From a bacterium (GTDB lineage Bacteria > Bacillota > Clostridia > Oscillospirales > CAG-272): a DNA stretch of 33,535 nucleotides. The translations under genes and the position numbers were made by a program. Where the stretch lies: NCBI GenBank assembly GCA_963643175.1, contig CAVIJF010000001.1, positions 226,975-260,509 of the forward strand. Direction: 5' to 3'. Positions 17,971 to 25,845 of this stretch are shown piece by piece. Position 1 is the stretch's first letter. Every line of letters starts with the position of its first letter. The notes beneath the pieces are model-generated. The model saw only the letters and a program-made list of their open reading frames with translations. It was not told the DNA's origin and did not search any database.

Positions 17971-19602
17971 TTACTCCGCCACCGTGACTGCCACGTCAAA
18001 CTCATGCCCACCGCAGGACAGCGTTACGGTACCGGTGCCCTTGCGTCCGGTGGGGAGAACATGCCCGTCCTCATCCACGATGAACAGCTCCGGACTGCGA
18101 TTGATGTACGCAACGCCGTCAGCTTTGCCGGCAAGCTCAAACCACGAGCCGTCCGCATACGTGCAAAGCCCCCGGAGCTGCTTTTTGTCGCAGTGCAGCA
18201 GGCTGACGCGGTACTCACGGATCAGCGGCTCAAAGAATACCACCTTTTTGTCCGGATACGGCTGCATGGGGCAGAAGACAGGCGGATCGGTGTCGTACAC
18301 ATACACCGGGAATTCACAGCGCAGCCCGTTCCAGACAGCCGTCACGTAGGTCAGTCCCGGGGAGCGTGCCGTGATGCGGCAGCAGCGGATAACGGCTATC
18401 TCCTTGTCGTAATTGGAGAATTTCGCACCTGCCGTTACAGGGCGTGCCTCATAGCATACATTCATGGAGAACAGCGGCAGCGGACGCGATTCGCCCACCT
18501 TTAGGCGGAGGAAGTGCGGCTTCTCCAAGAACAGTGCGGTCGGCACATATTCAGCCGGGTCATCCCACTTGACAATCTCATGGTGGACGTTGGGCTCATC
18601 CTTCTCGGAGTAGAAATCCTCGAACATCAGCTCAAAATCGTAGGCGTGCATCCGCGTTCCCCAGCAGCCCCACTGATTGCCGTAAGCGTATGCCAACAGC
18701 ATGGTGTCGCCCTTCCGGATGTGATGCTGCTCATCGCCGGAGATGCCGCAGTTGTGCAGCATCCAGCCCGTGTGAAGCCGTATCTCGTTGATGCGGCGGT
18801 AGATGAGTCCGTCGTCCGACTCGTACACCGCCAGCATGCTGTCCTCGGTAAAGCGGTAATCCGTGGACAGGGCGATAAACTTGCCCAGATCCTCACAGTA
18901 CACCATATCATAGGAATCGTTGGAGCCGCGCGGGCGCGTCACCGCCACGCCCCGGTATGTCACCGTGGCGGGCCAGTCCTCGCGCGTGATGTCCGCCGTG
19001 GCGACGCGCGTCTCATGCACTTCCTTTCCGTTGATGTCCCGGGACGTCCATGTGTAGTAGATGTACAGCACATTGTCCTTGACAACAAACGAAAACTCTC
19101 CCGCACCCCAGTTGTGCCAGTCCTCATCGTAGTAGATGACCGGCGCGGGCTTACCCAGCCAGTGGGCGCCGTCGGGGCTAACCTCGCCCCATCCATTGCC
19201 GCACCAACGCTCAAACGGTCCTGTCGGGGAGGTGGAGCGGGCAATGAATCCGTTGTTGCACACGCCGCCGTCATTGGCAAAAACGGTAGAGGTATACCCT
19301 ATGTAGTAGTACTTGCCATACTTGAACACCGCCGGGTCACAGACCGAAAACCAGTCCATGGAGTTCGGAACCGGGGTCATGACCACACGCTCCTCGCTCC
19401 ACGTCCTGCCGCCGTCCTCGGAGTGGCGGTAGGTAAACCAGTCTGCCTCGTACCCGTCGCCCGGGGAGGCAAACCACGCCTCGCACACCCCGCCGTGCAC
19501 CATGATGCTGGGACCGTAGCGGTACCCCCAGCCCTGGCTCTTCCGCGGCATATAAATGTCCTGTCCGTCGTCCTTCAGAATGAGTCTGAAATGTTTATCC
19601 AT
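17971..19602 (-). CDS. BNR/Asp-box repeat beta-propeller protein, sialidase-like glycoside hydrolase (family unassigned), cytoplasmic
   Basis: Asp-box motifs SEDGGRTWS and SDDGLIY, beta-propeller-like repeats, a C-terminal Ig-like region and no signal peptide. The ATG at 19602 (AAGGAA RBS) is preferred over the track start at 19638. Confidence 0.65.
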   Translation of the reverse strand: MDKHFRLILKDDGQDIYMPRKSQGWGYRYGPSIMVHGGVCEAWFASPGDGYEADWFTYRHSEDGGRTWSEERVVMTPVPNSMDWFSVCDPAVFKYGKYYYIGYTSTVFANDGGVCNNGFIARSTSPTGPFERWCGNGWGEVSPDGAHWLGKPAPVIYYDEDWHNWGAGEFSFVVKDNVLYIYYTWTSRDINGKEVHETRVATADITREDWPATVTYRGVAVTRPRGSNDSYDMVYCEDLGKFIALSTDYRFTEDSMLAVYESDDGLIYRRINEIRLHTGWMLHNCGISGDEQHHIRKGDTMLLAYAYGNQWGCWGTRMHAYDFELMFEDFYSEKDEPNVHHEIVKWDDPAEYVPTALFLEKPHFLRLKVGESRPLPLFSMNVCYEARPVTAGAKFSNYDKEIAVIRCCRITARSPGLTYVTAVWNGLRCEFPVYVYDTDPPVFCPMQPYPDKKVVFFEPLIREYRVSLLHCDKKQLRGLCTYADGSWFELAGKADGVAYINRSPELFIVDEDGHVLPTGRKGTGTVTLSCGGHEFDVAVTVAE

Positions 19603-19678
19603 GTCAGCGTTCCTTTCTTTACCTCTGTCATTTGTCATTCACATAAATTCAACCGGTTCCGCAGACCGCCGGACAGCA

Positions 19679-20090
19679 CTACAGCTGCCGGCGGAGCTTT
19701 TCCAGTGCCGCCTTTTCCAGCCGGGATACCTGCGCCTGCGATATGCCGATTCCTGACGCAATTTCCATCTGCGTTTTGTCGCCGTCCGGCGATTTCGTCC
19801 ACTGTCGGCTTCTTCTGATTCTCGGCAGCCAACTCCTCCCGCACGGTCAGCGCCCGATAGGCAAGGTCGCACGTGGAGTGGCTGATGCGGACGGCGGCGC
19901 TGTCCCGCAGGAAGCGGTGCACATCACCTAAAATCATGGGGACGGCATAGGTGGAGAACATGACCTCGCGGGCGGGGTCGAAGTTATCCGCCACTTTGAT
20001 CAGCCCGATACAGCCAACCTGAAACAGATCGTCCACGACCCAGCTGCTCTCGCGGCGTCCGGTAAAGCGTTGTATGATGTGGTTATGCGG
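19679..20090 (-). pseudogene. Remnant of a sporulation-type sigma-70 family sigma factor (SigG/SigF-like), with an N-terminal truncation and an internal deletion plus frameshift
   Basis: Frame A gives ...IIQRFTGRRESSWVVDDLFQVGCIGLIKVADNFDPAREVMFSTYAVPMILGDVHRFLRDSAAVRISHS..YRALTVREELAAENQKKPTVDEIA. This matches regions 2.2-3.0 of B. subtilis SigG (VIQRFNNRGEYVDDLFQVGCIGLMKSIDNFD...FSTYAVPMIIGEIRRYLRD...). Region 4.2 is in a different frame (DGDKTQMEIASGIGISQAQVSRLEKAALEKLRRQL*), starting directly at the DEIA junction near 19788. An in-frame TGA lies immediately 5' of IIQRF, only about 40 nt from the nagB stop. Confidence 0.7.
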
Positions 20091-20128
20091 TCAGGCAGGC
20101 TGGAAGGTTTTCTCAGGTACCCGCGTGA

Positions 20129-20857
20129 TTACTTCCCCAGCGCAGCGCCGTCGCAGACAAGCGTCACATCGGGGTGCAGGTTGAGAAGCGAGGCAGGGCA
20201 GGATGTTGTCAGCCCGCCTGCCAGCATGGTTGCTACGGCATCGCGCTTGGCGTTCCCGTTCGCCATAATCAGAATCTTCTTTGCCCGCAGGATGGTGCCC
20301 ATTCCCATAGTCAGGGCACGGGTCGGAACCTCCGCCTCGGAGGCAAAGAAGCGGGCGTTCGCACGGATGGTCGATGCCGTCAGGTCGGTGACGTGCGTGT
20401 CAACGGACAGGGTATCCGCAGGCTCGTTGAAGCCGATGTGCCCGTTCTGCCCGATGCCCAGCACCTGTATATCCACCTGCCCGACCGAGGCAAGGATGTC
20501 CTCATAGCGCCGGCACGCCTCCTCCGGGTCGGCGGCAGCACCGTCCGGCACATAGGTACGGGACATAACCACGTTCACGTGGTCGAACAGGTTACGGTTC
20601 ATGAAGTAGCGATAGCTCTGGTCATTCTCCGGCGCGATGGGATAGTACTCGTCCAGATTGACCGATGTCACGGCGGAAAAGTCAATCTCGCCCGCCCGGT
20701 TCATCCGGGCAAGCTCACGGTACATTCCCACGGGAGTGGAACCGGTGGCAAGTCCCAGCACGGCGTTCTGCCGGGCATGCATAACCTCCGCCACCAGTCC
20801 GGCGGCGGTGCGGGACATTTCCTCATAGTCCCTGCATTCGATTACCTTGACAGACAT
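20129..20857 (-). CDS. nagB: Glucosamine-6-phosphate deaminase
   Basis: MSVKVIECRDYEEMSRTAAGLVAEVMHARQNAVLGLATGSTPVGMYREL... is canonical NagB, 242 aa. Confidence 0.92.
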   Translation of the reverse strand: MSVKVIECRDYEEMSRTAAGLVAEVMHARQNAVLGLATGSTPVGMYRELARMNRAGEIDFSAVTSVNLDEYYPIAPENDQSYRYFMNRNLFDHVNVVMSRTYVPDGAAADPEEACRRYEDILASVGQVDIQVLGIGQNGHIGFNEPADTLSVDTHVTDLTASTIRANARFFASEAEVPTRALTMGMGTILRAKKILIMANGNAKRDAVATMLAGGLTTSCPASLLNLHPDVTLVCDGAALGK

Positions 20858-20919
20858 AGTAAAACCCCCCTACTGTCCGGCTCAGCCGGAATATTCGTTT
20901 ATGCTCCCCGGGGATTCCG

Positions 20920-22086
20920 TCACCACGCGTCGCTGCCGTCCTCCGGGATGACCTCCCGGACAGCGGCAATCGCGCATTCGATCATGGAATCATCTGGTTC
21001 AAATACGGTGATATGCTGCAGGGCAAGTCCGGGTGCCGCGATGATGCGTGTCAGCCAGTTGTCATGCCGCCCGCAGAACTTGATAAGCTCATAGCCCAGC
21101 CCCACAATAACAGGTACCAGCAGGATGCGGATGCCGCTGTACAGCATGGTATTGACGATACGGTTGCCCTCGTACAGAGTCGGCGGGATGAAAAACCCGA
21201 CAAAAATGCTGACCAGTACCATCAGGATAAGGAAGGACGTGCCGCAGCGGGGGTGGAAACGGCGCTGCGCCCGCACATTCTCCACCGTCAGCGGCAGACC
21301 CGCCTCGTAGCAGAAGATGGTCTTATGCTCGGCGCCGTGGTAGCGGAAAGTGCGCCGGATATCCTTCATCAGAGAGACGGCGGCCATATAGCCGACCAGC
21401 AGGATAATTTTCAGGATGCCGGTAAAAATTGACTTGGTATAGCGGTTGTCCGCGTCGAGCCAGTCCACGTGCGAGGCAAGCGTCTCGTACAGCCATGTCG
21501 GCACGATGATGAACAGTCCGACTGCAAGCGCCAACGCCAGCACGATACTGACAACCGTCACCGCCAGCATCAGCGGCGATGTTTTCCTGTCCTTGTCCCG
21601 GACAGGCGCGGCGGCGGATTCCGCGGGCGGTGCCGCCGGGGCAGCGTTCTCCGGTACCGCATCAGCGGGTGCAGATTCCTCTGCACTTACGGGTTCCTCT
21701 GCACTGCCGCCGTCTGCGGACGTCAGCGGCGTTCCGTTTTTCGCGGCTTTCCGCGCGGCGCGGCGCTCCTCCTTTTCACGGCGCAGTTCCTCCTCGGCGT
21801 CCTCCAGACCGGATATTTCGGCGGAGCGCATCAGGCACCGGTAGCCGAATATCATGCTGTCGGCAAAATTGAAAATACCGCGTATGACCGGCACACGCCA
21901 CGGCCACGGGCGTTTGCCGGAGGAGGTCGGGAATTTTTCCAGCACAATCTCCCCGCGCGGATTGCGGACCGCCATGGCGGTAATGCGCGGACCGCGCATC
22001 ATAATGCCCTCCATCAGCGCCTGCCCTCCGATGGAGGTTTTCCGGACGGGGCACGCGGTTTCGGATTCTTTTATATGTTTACTCAT
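20920..22086 (-). CDS. DUF1385-family (YqhQ-like) membrane protein with an inserted low-complexity acidic/Ala-Pro-rich segment
   Basis: ...RYHGAEHKTIF... DUF1385 hallmark. The track ORF 20920..22260 is trimmed to the ATG at 22086, which has an AGAGGGAAAGGA RBS. An insert of about 75 aa reads EDAEEELRREKEERRAARKAAKNGTPLTSADGGSAEEPVSAEESAPADAVPENAAPAAPPAESAAAPV. Confidence 0.75.
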   Translation of the reverse strand: MSKHIKESETACPVRKTSIGGQALMEGIMMRGPRITAMAVRNPRGEIVLEKFPTSSGKRPWPWRVPVIRGIFNFADSMIFGYRCLMRSAEISGLEDAEEELRREKEERRAARKAAKNGTPLTSADGGSAEEPVSAEESAPADAVPENAAPAAPPAESAAAPVRDKDRKTSPLMLAVTVVSIVLALALAVGLFIIVPTWLYETLASHVDWLDADNRYTKSIFTGILKIILLVGYMAAVSLMKDIRRTFRYHGAEHKTIFCYEAGLPLTVENVRAQRRFHPRCGTSFLILMVLVSIFVGFFIPPTLYEGNRIVNTMLYSGIRILLVPVIVGLGYELIKFCGRHDNWLTRIIAAPGLALQHITVFEPDDSMIECAIAAVREVIPEDGSDAW

Positions 22087-22320
22087 TCTTGTCCTTTCCC
22101 TCTGTACCTGCGGCGGGGTGCGACCCTCCTGCGGGCAGTATACACAGTGTTCACATTCTACCATATATTTGTGAACGCCGTATGAATACTGGGTAATATG
22201 ACGGAAAATATTGTGCAGACCGTGCCGCGCCTCCGCAAGGTCGGGGAGTATCCGTCGCATAAATCAAGCGGTTCCCTGAATACGCCCGTACTTCCGCCGC
22301 AAGTGTTTCCGCGAAAGCGG

Positions 22321-22349
22321 TTGACAAAAACCGCAAAAACCTGTATAAT
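22321..22349 (+). promoter_or_regulatory. Consensus sigma-70 promoter for the SPFH/ZnR/TPM operon
   Basis: TTGACA (22321-22326), 17-nt spacer, TATAAT (22344-22349). The -35 element is embedded in the small inverted repeat gcggtt...aaccgc. Confidence 0.6.
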
Positions 22350-22408
22350 AGAGGCAACAAAGCCCTCCCGGACGGGGCGGGCTGCATCTGAAAGGAGTCA
22401 AAATACGT

Positions 22409-23824
22409 ATGGGACTGATTAAGGCAGCTTTCGGCGCAACAGGCGGCGTACTTGCCGACCAGTGGAAGGAATTCTTCTACTGCGATGCGCTGGACAAAAA
22501 CACGCTGGTCGTGCGGGGGCAGAAGAAAACAACCCGCCGCTCCTCCAACACCAAGGGCAACGACAATGTCATTTCCAACGGTTCCGGCATCGCCGTGGCG
22601 GACGGACAGTGCATGATCATCGTGGATCAGGGGAAGGTCGCGGAGGTCTGCGCCGAGCCGGGCGAATTTACATGGGACAACTCCAGTGAGCCGAGCGTTT
22701 TCACGGGCAGGTTCGGCGACTCGCTCAAGAAGACCTTTGCCGCCATCGGTAAGCGCTTTGCCTACGGCGGCGACCCCGGCAAGGATCAGCGCGTGTACTA
22801 CTTCAACACCAAGGAAATTCTGGACAACAAGTTCGGCACTGCCACGCCCATTGATTTCCGCGTGGTGGACAGCCGCATCGGCATCGACCGCGATGTGCGC
22901 CTGCGCGTCAACGGAACCTATTCCTACCGCATTTCAGACCCCATTCTGTTCTACACAAACGTCTGCGGCAATGTCTCGGGCAGCTATGAGCGCTCTGAAC
23001 TGGATGGTCAGCTCAAGACCGAGTTTGTCTCGGCACTCATGCCCGCCGTGGGGCGTATGTCCGAGCTGGAGCTGCGTCCGAACCAGCTGATGAACCACAC
23101 CAAGGAACTGCGGGACTATCTCAACCAGGAGCTGACCGCCGAGTGGGCGGAAAAGCGCGGACTGTCGGTCGTATCGGTCGCACTGGGCGGCGTCACACTG
23201 TCCGAGGAGGACGCCGAACTGCTCCGGCAGGATCAGCGCGCGGGAACCTACCGCGATCCCGGCATGGCTGCCGGTATGCTGGCGACCGCGCAGGCGGAAG
23301 CCATGCGCACTGCCGCTGGCAATACGGGCGGCGCGATGACAGGCTTCATGGGTATGGGCATGGCGATGAACGCCGGCGCCAACACGCAGAACCTGTACGC
23401 CATGCAGCAGCAACAGCAGGCGGCACAGCCCCAGCCCGCCCCGGCGCAGGCGCCTGCCGCCGACGGCTGGGTCTGCCCCGGCTGCGGAAAAACCGTCACT
23501 GGGAAGTTCTGCCCCGAGTGCGGTGCAAAGAAGCCGGAGGCAAAGCCGGCGGACAGCTGGATCTGCCCGGAATGCGGAAAGACCGCGACCGGCAAATTCT
23601 GCCCTGAGTGCGGATCGGCGCGTCCGGCGGACAGCAGCTGGGTCTGCTCCTGCGGCGCACGGAACACCGGAAAGTTCTGCTCCGAATGCGGCGCCAGAAA
23701 GCCGGAGGCGGCTCCCCGCTACCGGTGCGATAAGTGCGGCTGGGTTCCGGAGGATCCGACCACCCCGCCCAAGTTCTGCCCGGAGTGCGGAAATCGGTTC
23801 GACGAAAACGACATCGTGCGCTGA
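22409..23824 (+). CDS. SPFH/Band-7 (stomatin/prohibitin-like) protein with four C-terminal tandem zinc ribbons (COG4260 / YdjI-like)
   Basis: N-terminus MGLIKAAFGATGGVLADQWKEFFYCD.... A Q/A/P-rich linker (MQQQQQAAQPQPAPAQAPAADG) is followed by four repeats of W[VI]CP[GE]CGKT.TGKFCPECGA.KP (23468-23824). RBS AAAGGAG. Confidence 0.82.
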   Translation: MGLIKAAFGATGGVLADQWKEFFYCDALDKNTLVVRGQKKTTRRSSNTKGNDNVISNGSGIAVADGQCMIIVDQGKVAEVCAEPGEFTWDNSSEPSVFTGRFGDSLKKTFAAIGKRFAYGGDPGKDQRVYYFNTKEILDNKFGTATPIDFRVVDSRIGIDRDVRLRVNGTYSYRISDPILFYTNVCGNVSGSYERSELDGQLKTEFVSALMPAVGRMSELELRPNQLMNHTKELRDYLNQELTAEWAEKRGLSVVSVALGGVTLSEEDAELLRQDQRAGTYRDPGMAAGMLATAQAEAMRTAAGNTGGAMTGFMGMGMAMNAGANTQNLYAMQQQQQAAQPQPAPAQAPAADGWVCPGCGKTVTGKFCPECGAKKPEAKPADSWICPECGKTATGKFCPECGSARPADSSWVCSCGARNTGKFCSECGARKPEAAPRYRCDKCGWVPEDPTTPPKFCPECGNRFDENDIVR

Positions 23825-23871
23825 TTTTACACTGTCATAGATAGGCATAGATAGGTAGGAGGGCGTTCCCC

Positions 23872-24960
23872 ATGGAACAAACTATTCAGGAATTCAAGTG
23901 CCCCTGCTGCAGCGGCGCCATTGAATTCGACACCAGTCTCCAGAAAATGAAATGTCCGTATTGCGATACGGAATTCGAGCTGGACACGCTCCGGCAGTTT
24001 GACAAAACAATCCGGGAGGAACAGCCGGATCACCTGGACTGGAAAACCGAAAGCCAGTCATGGGATGCGGCGGAGGCGCAGAGCATGGCAAGTTATGTCT
24101 GCAACTCCTGCGGCGGCGAAATCATCGCGGAAGCGGCTGCCGCCGCCACCTTCTGCCCCTTCTGCGGGAACCCTGTCATTCTCAGGGGCAATTTGGAGGG
24201 CGATCTGCGTCCCGATCTGGTTATCCCGTTCAAGGTGGACAAAAAAGCCGCCGTCGCGGCGATGGCAAAGCATCTGTCCGGCAAGCGGCTCCTGCCCCGG
24301 GTATTCAAGGACGAGAACCACCTGCAGGAAATCAAGGGAATCTATGTTCCCTTCTGGCTGTACGATGCGGACTGCGAGACCGGCATCCGCTTCCGCGCAA
24401 CGCAGGTGCGCACATGGAGCAGCCGAGACTACATCTACACCGAAACCTCGCACTTTGCAGTCTTCCGCCGCGGCTCGCTGTCCTTTGAGCACGTCCCGGT
24501 GGACGGATCGACCCAGATTCCGAATGACCTGATGGAATCCATTGAGCCGTTTGACTACCGCGAGGCGGTGGACTTCCGGACGGCGTACCTGTCCGGTTTC
24601 TTCGCCGACCGCTACAACGAGTCTGCCTCCGACTGTGAGGAACGCGCCAACGAACGCATCCGGAACAGCACGCAGGCGGCGGTCATGGCTACGGTGCAGG
24701 GGTACTCCAGCATCACGCCGGAGCACATCTCGGTACAGATGCAGGCAGGCAAAACGCTCTATGCCCTGCTTCCGGTCTGGATATTGACCACCAAGTGGAA
24801 CGGACAAAACTATACCTTCGCCATGAACGGGCAGACAGGTAAATTTGTGGGCAATCTGCCGATGGACAAGGCGGCATACCACAAGTGGCTCTGGGGACTG
24901 ACCGCCGCCGTCAGCGCGGGTATCATCGGGCTGTCCTACCTCATCCACCTGCTGACCTGA
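23872..24960 (+). CDS. Membrane protein with two N-terminal zinc ribbons (YdjG-like)
   Basis: CPCCSG..(17 aa)..CPYCDTEF and CNSCGG..(14 aa)..CPFCGNPV, with a C-terminal TM segment WLWGLTAAVSAGIIGLSYLIHLL. RBS AGGAGGG. Assignment as a YdjG homolog is from memory of the B. subtilis pspA-ydjGHI operon. Confidence 0.7.
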   Translation: MEQTIQEFKCPCCSGAIEFDTSLQKMKCPYCDTEFELDTLRQFDKTIREEQPDHLDWKTESQSWDAAEAQSMASYVCNSCGGEIIAEAAAAATFCPFCGNPVILRGNLEGDLRPDLVIPFKVDKKAAVAAMAKHLSGKRLLPRVFKDENHLQEIKGIYVPFWLYDADCETGIRFRATQVRTWSSRDYIYTETSHFAVFRRGSLSFEHVPVDGSTQIPNDLMESIEPFDYREAVDFRTAYLSGFFADRYNESASDCEERANERIRNSTQAAVMATVQGYSSITPEHISVQMQAGKTLYALLPVWILTTKWNGQNYTFAMNGQTGKFVGNLPMDKAAYHKWLWGLTAAVSAGIIGLSYLIHLLT

Positions 24961-24973
24961 GGAGGTGAGGCGT

Positions 24974-25777
24974 ATGAAAAAGACAGTACAGCCCACCCGG
25001 CGCAGATTTGCCGGGATACTGGCGGCAGTCATACTCGGTATTTGCCTGCTGATGACGGTCGGAATACTGACGGTCAGTGCGGCAGACACGCACCCGCCCC
25101 GGTTGATTGACAATGCGGGACTGCTGAGTCAGGCGGATGCAGACTCCCTGCGCACCCTGCTGGACGAGTACAGCGAGGAACTGCAGATGGACATTGTGGT
25201 CGTGACAACCACCACACTCGGCGGCAAAACACCGCAGGACTATGCAGACGACTACTTTGACTACAATGGCTACGGATACGGCGAGAACCGGGACGGCGTT
25301 CTGTTCCTGCGCTACATCAACGGCACCGCCAAGGAAGTGTGGATTTCCACCAGCGGCGAAGGCATCCATGCTGTTTCGGATTCGGTCATGGAAACCATTT
25401 TTGACAATATCTCCTCCGACATTTACAGCGGGCAGTATGCCGCCGCCTTCCGGACCTTCGCGCAGAACGTGCGGGACGAGGTAATAAGCTACCGGGCATA
25501 CGATCCCATCTGGATTTTCATCGGGTTGGCAGTCGGTCTGGGCGTCGGACTGATCGTGACGGGCACCATGCGCTCCTCGCTGAAATCTGTCAGGCAGCAG
25601 CGCTTCGCCGGAAACTACATCAAGGACGGCAGTCTCAACATCACGGAAGCGCGGGATATTTTCCTGTACCGCACTGTGACGCGGGTTGCCAAGCCCAAGG
25701 AATCCTCCGGCGGCGGTTCCTCCACGCATACAAGCTCTTCCGGCAGTTCGCACGGCGGCGGCGGAAGATCCATGTAG
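24974..25777 (+). CDS. TPM-domain (TLP18.3/Psb32/MOLO-1-like) membrane protein (YdjH-like)
   Basis: Signal/TM N-terminus, a TPM-like core (...LLDEYSEELQMDIVVVTTTTLGGKTPQDYADDYFDYNGYGYGENRDGVLFL...), a C-terminal TM segment and a Gly/Ser-rich tail. The ATG at 24974 has a GAGGAGGTGAGG RBS; the track ORF begins at the GTG at 24965. Confidence 0.78.
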   Translation: MKKTVQPTRRRFAGILAAVILGICLLMTVGILTVSAADTHPPRLIDNAGLLSQADADSLRTLLDEYSEELQMDIVVVTTTTLGGKTPQDYADDYFDYNGYGYGENRDGVLFLRYINGTAKEVWISTSGEGIHAVSDSVMETIFDNISSDIYSGQYAAAFRTFAQNVRDEVISYRAYDPIWIFIGLAVGLGVGLIVTGTMRSSLKSVRQQRFAGNYIKDGSLNITEARDIFLYRTVTRVAKPKESSGGGSSTHTSSSGSSHGGGGRSM

Positions 25778-25796
25778 ACGCATTCCGCCGCATACC

Positions 25797-25840
25797 GGGA
25801 AAATCCGGGGAGCCCTTACAAGGGCTCCCCGGATTTTCCC
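25797..25840. terminator. Bidirectional rho-independent terminator (44-nt perfect palindrome) between the convergent TPM and isomerase genes
   Basis: gggaaaatccggggagccctt-ac-aagggctccccggattttccc. The GC-rich stem is followed by a U-tract on both strands. Confidence 0.8.
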
Positions 25841-25845
25841 GTGGA

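Noticed and set aside
18514-19818. Plus-strand 434-aa ORF
   Set aside because: Antisense to the BNR glycosidase gene. Pro/Arg/Ala/Val-rich. Shadow ORF.
20174-21094. Plus-strand 306-aa ORF
   Set aside because: Antisense to nagB. Shadow ORF.
22934-25783. Minus-strand ORFs 22934..23848, 24058..25113 and 24941..25783
   Set aside because: Antisense to the SPFH, zinc-ribbon and TPM genes. The plus-strand genes have RBSs, recognisable domain motifs and a shared promoter and terminator.
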